A stretch of DNA of 32,000 nucleotides from Zygophlyctis sp. KS116. Its lineage: Eukaryota > Fungi > Chytridiomycota. Position numbers and translations under genes: made by a program. Under the pieces are notes generated by a model. It saw only the letters and a list, made by a program, of their open reading frames with translations, was not told the DNA's origin and ran no database searches. The stretch lies in contig BAAFSQ010000028.1 of assembly GCA_054661495.1 (NCBI GenBank), positions 30,001 through 62,000 of the forward strand, written 5' to 3'. Shown here piece by piece: positions 25,230 through 32,000 of the stretch (positions are counted from its first letter, which is position 1; each line of letters starts with the position of its first letter).

Positions 25230-28200
25230 ATGGAAGACCATGAAGATTGGTCAAATTGTTCATTGGGTGAAAGACTGGTGCATAAGGTATATTGGAATAA
25301 TTTTATCATATAGTCTTGGAAGGCAAGGTCATCTGCTTATGAGGAAATTGGGAAAAAATGTTCTTGTTTTGAAGAAAATGATTTTTTAAAGTATTCAGAG
25401 GATCTGAAACGGATGGTGTCGGACGCTAATCAAGTTGCGCAGGAAGCTGGCTTGAGTACGATTGTACAATTTTTAACTCATGCCCCAGCACCTCTTTCGT
25501 AAATATCTTTTACTAAACATAGAATTAAATGCACCAAAAATACAATTGTTCCATTGATCGTAAGTAAAACTTTTGGTTCAAGTAGAGCTGGGACAAAGAA
25601 TATGGCATTGGAGGTTTTGATGTGTTATGTAGAATTAGACCACTCTGATTACGTGATTGTAAGATTTAAAAACTTACGGTAGAATGAAACTATTTTAGGA
25701 TTAGATCACAAAACTCCAAAAAATGTCTTATTTGCAGTTTATGCTCTAAAAGAGATTGTGAGGTAATAAGATTAATACCAAAATTTAGGGTGTTTGGTGT
25801 TCCGACAATCAATTTAAAGACTATATTAAAGCAATTGGGAAAAATATTTGATCATAAAGATGTTGCTGTAAGAAATATGGTAATTAATGACAAAATATTG
25901 AAGATTAGGGTACAGAGTTGGCTGTTGAGATTTATAAGTGGATAGGCCCTGCTATTTCCAATTGTATCGCGAATTTAAAGCCGATTCAAGTAATTATATT
26001 TTTATAAGAAATAGCTCAAAGAATTAAATCAAGTTTTTGAAAATTCTTCGCATGGAGCTCAAAAAGCCATTCGCTTTACAAGATCAAATCGAAATGACTC
26101 TTCAACTCCGACCTTAGGGAAATCATTGACACAGGAGACTCTTGTTGCTGCGGAAGAGTCAGATCCAGAACAATTTGATACTAATAGTCTTATTGATCCT
26201 GTAAATGTTTTGGATAAACTTCCCAAAAATCTTTATGATAATATGGTGATTTTTTTTGATTAAGAATTTAGACTGACCAAAAATGGAAAATTAGGAAAGA
26301 AGCCCTTGATAATTTGTTGGAGATCTTAAGCGTTCCTAAATACTCGGATGGAAAATATGGTGAGCTAATTGGTTCTCTTGGAAAGGTAAAGGCTTCAATT
26401 AATTAATTAATTTAAAAGAGAATGAATGATTCCAACATTTTGGTTGTTTCTCTAGCGGTGAATTGTATCGAGAAGATTGCTTTGGGATTGAATTCTTCGT
26501 TTTCCCAGTATAAATCTTCTGTAATCATATTCAAATTTTAAAGTTGTAGATTTTCTCATTGGTTGTCGATCGACTAAAGGAAAAAAAGTCTCAGGTTGTT
26601 GAGGCGATCAAATCAGCACTGGACGCTATATTTAAAGCCGTATTTTATAGTTGAAATGACAATTATTAGGTGCCAGACTTGACTATTTTTATGGATGATT
26701 TTACAACTGGATTTTCGCACAAGAATCCGCAAGTTAGGACTGAGATAATTAAATGGATGTCTAGATGCTTGAGAAAATCCAAGCAACTGTTGAATAAAGC
26801 TGAAATAAAGCTTTTAGCTAATTCATTTCTCAAAGTAAATCAATTCTTATTTTCTAAATCAAAGGGAATGGATGACGGCGCGGATATTATACGTGAGGCA
26901 TCTGCAGAGGCAATGGGAAATTTGATGAAGTTGGTATCTGAAAAATCGTTATATCCTTATATGGAAAAGCTTGATAAAATAAAGGAAGCTAAAGTCAGGG
27001 ACTACTATCAAAAGGTCAAAAATTGCGTTAGTGCTGTGTCTTCTGAAGTTACCACAGTAGCTAAAAACCCATCAAAAATTCATTCTACAGTCAAATTATC
27101 GGTAAGTGGTTTATTTATTTATATATTCAGAAGGCAAGTACACAAAAGAACGAAACCAAGTCTAAGCCAGTCATGAAGAAGGCATTAAATATTGTGGATA
27201 AACCAACTTCTTCAAGTTCAAAAGCGGATCCCATAAAATTTGTCTATACTAATGAATCAGCCGTGGATTGTATTCGTCAGTCACCACTGGCGGAATATTC
27301 AGAACCTCTTAAGGATTCCAATTGGAAACTACGACTAGAAGGTATCTGCATTATTATTTTTAATTTTCAGCTCTCAATCTTTTTTATGAGAAAATTAAAA
27401 ATGATAGTGAGATGGATTTACACGGCGAAGTGATTGTTCGTTTCTTGGGAATTAGTCCGGGGTGGAAAGAAAGCAATTTTCAGGTATGTTTTTTTTTTCA
27501 TTTTGATATAAGATACTTAATTTAATGATGAACGTTATTCAGATTTTGGCCGATTCGAAGGATTCATTCACTAAAGCTTCTGCTTCGTTGGTTTTGCCGG
27601 GTAATCTTTATTGTGATAAGTTTTAGTTCTTTTTGAAAAACTTTCTGATGTCAAACTAAGGAAAATGGCCGTTGGTGCTCTGGGGGCTATTATTAAGTCT
27701 ACATCTATTCAATTTGTCTTTTCCCAAATGCATGCATCAGTTCATTCTTTAAAGAATCCGAAAGCATTATGTGAACTATTTATTTGGATGAAAGAATCTT
27801 TATTGGAATTTGGGTTGAAAAATGTAGATCAGGCTGCACTAGTTGATTCATTGAAAAGAGGGTTTCTAAACTCAAATCAGGCGGTGAGAACTGCGGCCAC
27901 GGCTGCTTTTGGTATTTTGAATAGTCTTTCTAAAAATGGTAAAATCTATTTAGATTAAAGAAAGATTTACTCATATTGGTTAATGATATTAGCCCTCAAA
28001 TGATTCAATTATTAAAAACAGAATGTGAAACGGCAAAAAACTGCACCCAAGCCAAATGCAGTGAAACTGCAAAGTTATCACTTGATGAGAGCTCAATGAA
28101 AGTAGAGAATATTGAACTTCAAGATATTTCTGCATTAATATCTCATGAATTGATTGAGGTTTGTTTTATTCTATATTTACGAAAAGAATATGAATGACTC

Positions 28201-31200
28201 TAATTGGAAAATCCGAAAAGCTGCTCTTGATGATTTGCTTAATATTTTGAAGGGAATTAAATCTATAATTAAGCCCAATCTAGGTATATGAATTCTAGTT
28301 TTTTAATCCTAGATAACGATTTATATGCTGCTTTGAAGTTGCGTTTAACTGACAGCAACAAAAATCTAGTTATGGAAGCAGTTGAAATTATTGGAGAATT
28401 AGCCAATGCAATGGGTCCCTCATTCGAAAAGCCGCTCAAGATTCTTTTAGGTCCTGTATTGAGCACTCTGACAGATCCGAAACCACAGGTGCGACAAAAC
28501 ATTATCCAGTCTCTCACAAAAATAAGAGACAGTGTTGGTCTTCAATTGGTTATTCCAGTGATATCGAACACTTTGATGACTGATCATTTCACGCTTAGGA
28601 AAGATCTTCTTCAATGGCTTAACGATCAGAAGAATACTGACTTCTCAACATTGGATTATCAGCTTTTAATACACCCAGTTTTTCTTTGTCTTCAAGACAG
28701 GAATACTGACGTCAGAAAATTATCACAAGAGTTATTTAATTTAATGGGAATCAAAGTCGGTGCCGAGGTATTACGTGAAAAGGCAAATGATTTATTCAGA
28801 GGAGCTGCTCTAGCGTCAATAACACCGTTTTTAGAAAATGTCAAACCGCTCCAAGCTATCAAAAATATTCCTGAAAAAATTGAATCTGTCTCAAAGTCTA
28901 ACAAACCTAAAAATCAAAAGCTTCGAGCAGCCGTAGAAAATGTTAAAACATTGCCTAAAGGGCCATCTTTGGAATCTCTTGACTCAGTGTTCTGCAATAT
29001 ACTAGCTTGTGACTTAAAAATGAAGGAACAGAGAGCTAACTCTGATAAAGGGATTTTGAAATGGAATTTTGATCTTCCTCGTAAAGACTTGACAGATCAT
29101 TTGATGGAACAGTGTTCTTTAGTTTTATCGCCTGATCTTCTCTCTTTACTATTTAGTACAGAGCACTATAAAGAAAAAGATCATATTAATGGACTTAATC
29201 GACTTTGTGATGAATTACAAAACCGTAATAGTAGTATCAATGATAATCATTTAACATCTCCTGAATTAAAACAGAGATACTTATCATGCTCAGATCTATT
29301 ACTGAAGTATGTCACAATTCGGTTTTTCGACACGAATACATCGATTTTGTTAAAAGTTTTAGAATTTTTAGAACTTTTATTTACCACAATGGAAGAAGAA
29401 GGCTATTTACTCAGTGATTATGAAGCTTCGTGTTTTCTGCCATTTTTAATCAATAAGGTATATTTTGTATATTTAAGTTATATTAGGTGGGAGATAATAA
29501 AGAAACACTACGATCCAAGGTACGAGAGTTGATTAAATGGCTTTCACGCCTGTACCCTGCGTCAAAGCTCTTTCTTTATGTCATGAAGGGTTTAGACTCC
29601 AAGAATTCCCGAACTCGAACTGAAAGCCTAGATGAACTGGCATACCTTATTCAGCGGAATGGTATATCAGTATGTGTTCCTGCAAAGGTTTTCCCCTTGA
29701 TCACTCAGCAAGTTGGTGACAGAGACCCTGGTGTACGGAATGCTGCTTTAAGTGTTATAATTCAGGCATACTCATTGGTCGGTGAAAATATTTATAAATT
29801 TTTGGGCCGACCTAGCGAAAAAGATCGAAGTTTAATTGAAGAAAAGATTAAAAGGTGCGCACCTGGAGTTGAAATTGTCCAAGAAATACTCCCAAAAAAA
29901 GAAACGAAGAGATGCTCGACACCTGTTCGCAAATGCGAGCCCATTTTAAAGATTGCGGATGAATTGCCCCTTAAGGTTTTCAGCCTTGATTTGGAATTGA
30001 TTGAAGGTGATTTGAAGCTTTCGGCATCCAAGTCAAATGGGGCTAGTATTGAATCTTCTAAAAACTCTCTGGTGTCTTTGGTAGATCAAATTGATATTAG
30101 GAATCCTCAAGAAAGTATGTTAATTGTGAAGAAAATAGAGGATCAATTATCTCGAGATCCGGAATCTATGATTGGATGTGCGAATAATGTCGTTGGTACT
30201 CTAACTAAATACGTCAATACGCTTTTTTCTTCTTCTGAACTTCCTAAAGCCGACGGAGCACGGTTTGGGAAACATCTTCTTAACGCTATGATATTGATTT
30301 TCTCATCAGCGCCACTTTCCAAGAACCTTGAAAGAGATGTTCTTTACAATTGTTTGGATGTGGCTTTAATTCATCTTTTAGATCCAAGTGTTACTAGCCT
30401 TGAGCAGGGAGTTCATTTGTCTAAAATGATGAATATACTCATGGTTCGAGCATTGCAGAATATTCATCCTAATTTTGCATTTAGGTAAGTCTGATAATCT
30501 AAAGCCCAGTATAATGCTTGAGATACTTGGAATATCTGCACAAAAGATGCTAGATTTATCGGGCAATGATTTAATACGCCAATCAAAGCATACAGAGCTG
30601 GTTATGAAATGTACCTGGAAATTGATTAAGACAATTCCTCAAATGTTACAGGAAAATTCATTGGATATACCTCCACTACTTCTCGATGTACACAATTTTC
30701 TCGTACGTACCCCTCCTTTAGAATGGAAACGACGATCATCGCTTTCGATTCCTCAAGCTGATATGCCTCTAAGGACAGTTAAAACTATTTTAAGTATAAT
30801 CCTCAATAACATTGGTAATGGTTATGAATCTTATATATTCTTAATTACAGATCACAATAACAGTCATGCTGTACAGTATCTGAAACAAATGAGTGACTCA
30901 AGCAAAAAGGAGAACTCTCTTTCCGTTAATGAATCTAAAAGCAGGCTCTCAGTTATATTTGACAAGATATCGAATAAAGAAGAAACCAAGATGGGAATAC
31001 AAGAGTTATATGAATTTCAGAAAAATCATCCTAATGCAGGATATCTTATTGAAGAGCGACTTTCTCAAACAGGAGCGTATTTCCAGGGATATATCCGTAG
31101 AGGCTTGAATCATTTGAAAGAATCCGAATCTTCTGTTTCTGATCTAGTCAAATCCTCTTCTTATGATCCAAATTTGGCCCAAACAATGAATATGTCTTCT

Positions 31201-31380
31201 AGTATGCAAAACTTATCTAAGAGCAATCTTGTGACGGCTGATAATGCTACAAGCGTAATAATCTCTAAAGAAATCAATCAATCTGAAAATGCAGCACTTC
31301 CAGCAATGGATCGTAGTTTGGCAGTGGCTGAATTAAAGGAGCGATTAGCTAAAATGAAGTTGAATATGCAAAACAAGTAA
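25230..31380 (+). CDS. XMAP215/ch-TOG/Stu2-Alp14 family microtubule polymerase with multiple TOG domains
   Basis: ERLVHK|SWKAR, KWKIRKEAL, NWKLRLE, NWKIRKAAL, LKWNFDLPR, KNSRTRTESLDEL and a C-terminal LKERLAKMK. About 20 micro-introns, e.g. 25287-25313, 25499-25522, 25659-25682, 25763-25788, 26835-26864, 29458-29486 and 30485-30509. Confidence 0.93.
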
Positions 31381-31401
31381 TTTTTTCTACAATTTTTTAA
31401 G
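31377..31401 (+). other. Intron-like element spanning the XMAP215 stop codon
   Basis: gtaattttttctacaattttttaag, 25 nt, the same size and composition as the genic introns. Confidence 0.6.
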
Positions 31402-31402
31402 A

Positions 31403-32000
31403 ATGCAGGCTTACAAAACTGCTATAGCTGAGATGACTATTTTAAGGAATTCATTGATGAAATTATCAAAAGAACTTGTCAGTACTGAACTTGAACTTGG
31501 CTGCATTGGCCCTGGTGAGGTCTCACTGTATCTTGGCGATAATTGGTTTGTATCGGTCCAGAAGGCAGATGCATTGAATATCATTAAAAGAAGAATTGAA
31601 TTTCTAGACTCACAAATTTCAAATTTACAGTTTGCAGCATTGAAATCAGAAATGTCAGAGTTTGTTGATATTGTTGAGACTGATGATGTTTCATCGCAAT
31701 ATATCATGCCGTCCGACAATAAATTCTGTAATCAAGAAAAGAATGTTGGGGAATTTGAAAAGAATTTATTTGAACTTTTAAATCAATTGGAAGATCAAGA
31801 GCTTTCAGATCAAACTCATGACTCTATAAACAGCAATGATGAGCAAGGATCACAAAACGATTCATTCTCTGATAAATCTCATCAAGAATCTCATCAATCT
31901 CAAGAATCTTTGCAAGGTAGTGATACAGAAATTCCAGAGAAAAAAGTACATTTTGCTCCGGGAACAAAGTGTGAAGAATCGTCTAAAACTCAAGCTCCAA
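31403..32000 (+). CDS. Unconventional prefoldin RPB5 interactor URI1/Bud27-like; 3' end lies outside the window
   Basis: Open frame from ATG 31403: ...EVSLYLGDNWFVSVQKADALNIIKRRIEFL (alpha-prefoldin signature), then an acidic tract and KKVHF. It is absent from the ORF track because it has no stop in the window. Confidence 0.75.
   Translation, partial: MQAYKTAIAEMTILRNSLMKLSKELVSTELELGCIGPGEVSLYLGDNWFVSVQKADALNIIKRRIEFLDSQISNLQFAALKSEMSEFVDIVETDDVSSQYIMPSDNKFCNQEKNVGEFEKNLFELLNQLEDQELSDQTHDSINSNDEQGSQNDSFSDKSHQESHQSQESLQGSDTEIPEKKVHFAPGTKCEESSKTQAP

Noticed and set aside
31411-31719. Minus-strand 102-aa ORF
   Set aside because: It is an antisense shadow of the URI1-like gene.

Overview
This is eukaryotic, AT-rich, extremely gene-dense DNA, most consistent with a zoosporic (chytrid-type) fungus: axonemal dynein and CFAP91 sit beside fungal-type MDM10, OCH1-like and SCT1/GPT2-like genes. 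I can support about 20 protein-coding genes. Three are missing or only partly shown in the ORF track: MIC19, NDUFA4-like and URI1/BUD27. The ORFs are fragmented because the genes carry roughly 60 ultra-short GT-AG introns of 22-33 nt. Main observations: (1) the only long intron (94 nt, in the NDUFA4-like gene) hosts a box C/D snoRNA with a SNORD79-type guide against LSU rRNA. (2) The two tightest head-to-tail gene junctions (XMAP215->URI1 and MDM10->JIP5) consist almost entirely of an intron-like GT...AG element; splicing the first would delete the XMAP215 stop and fuse the genes in frame. (3) Several convergent CDSs overlap or abut, and one divergent pair is only 26 nt apart. (4) The S6K-like kinase has a duplicated hydrophobic motif. 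All splice models and family calls were made by eye from memory of the families, with no database searches.
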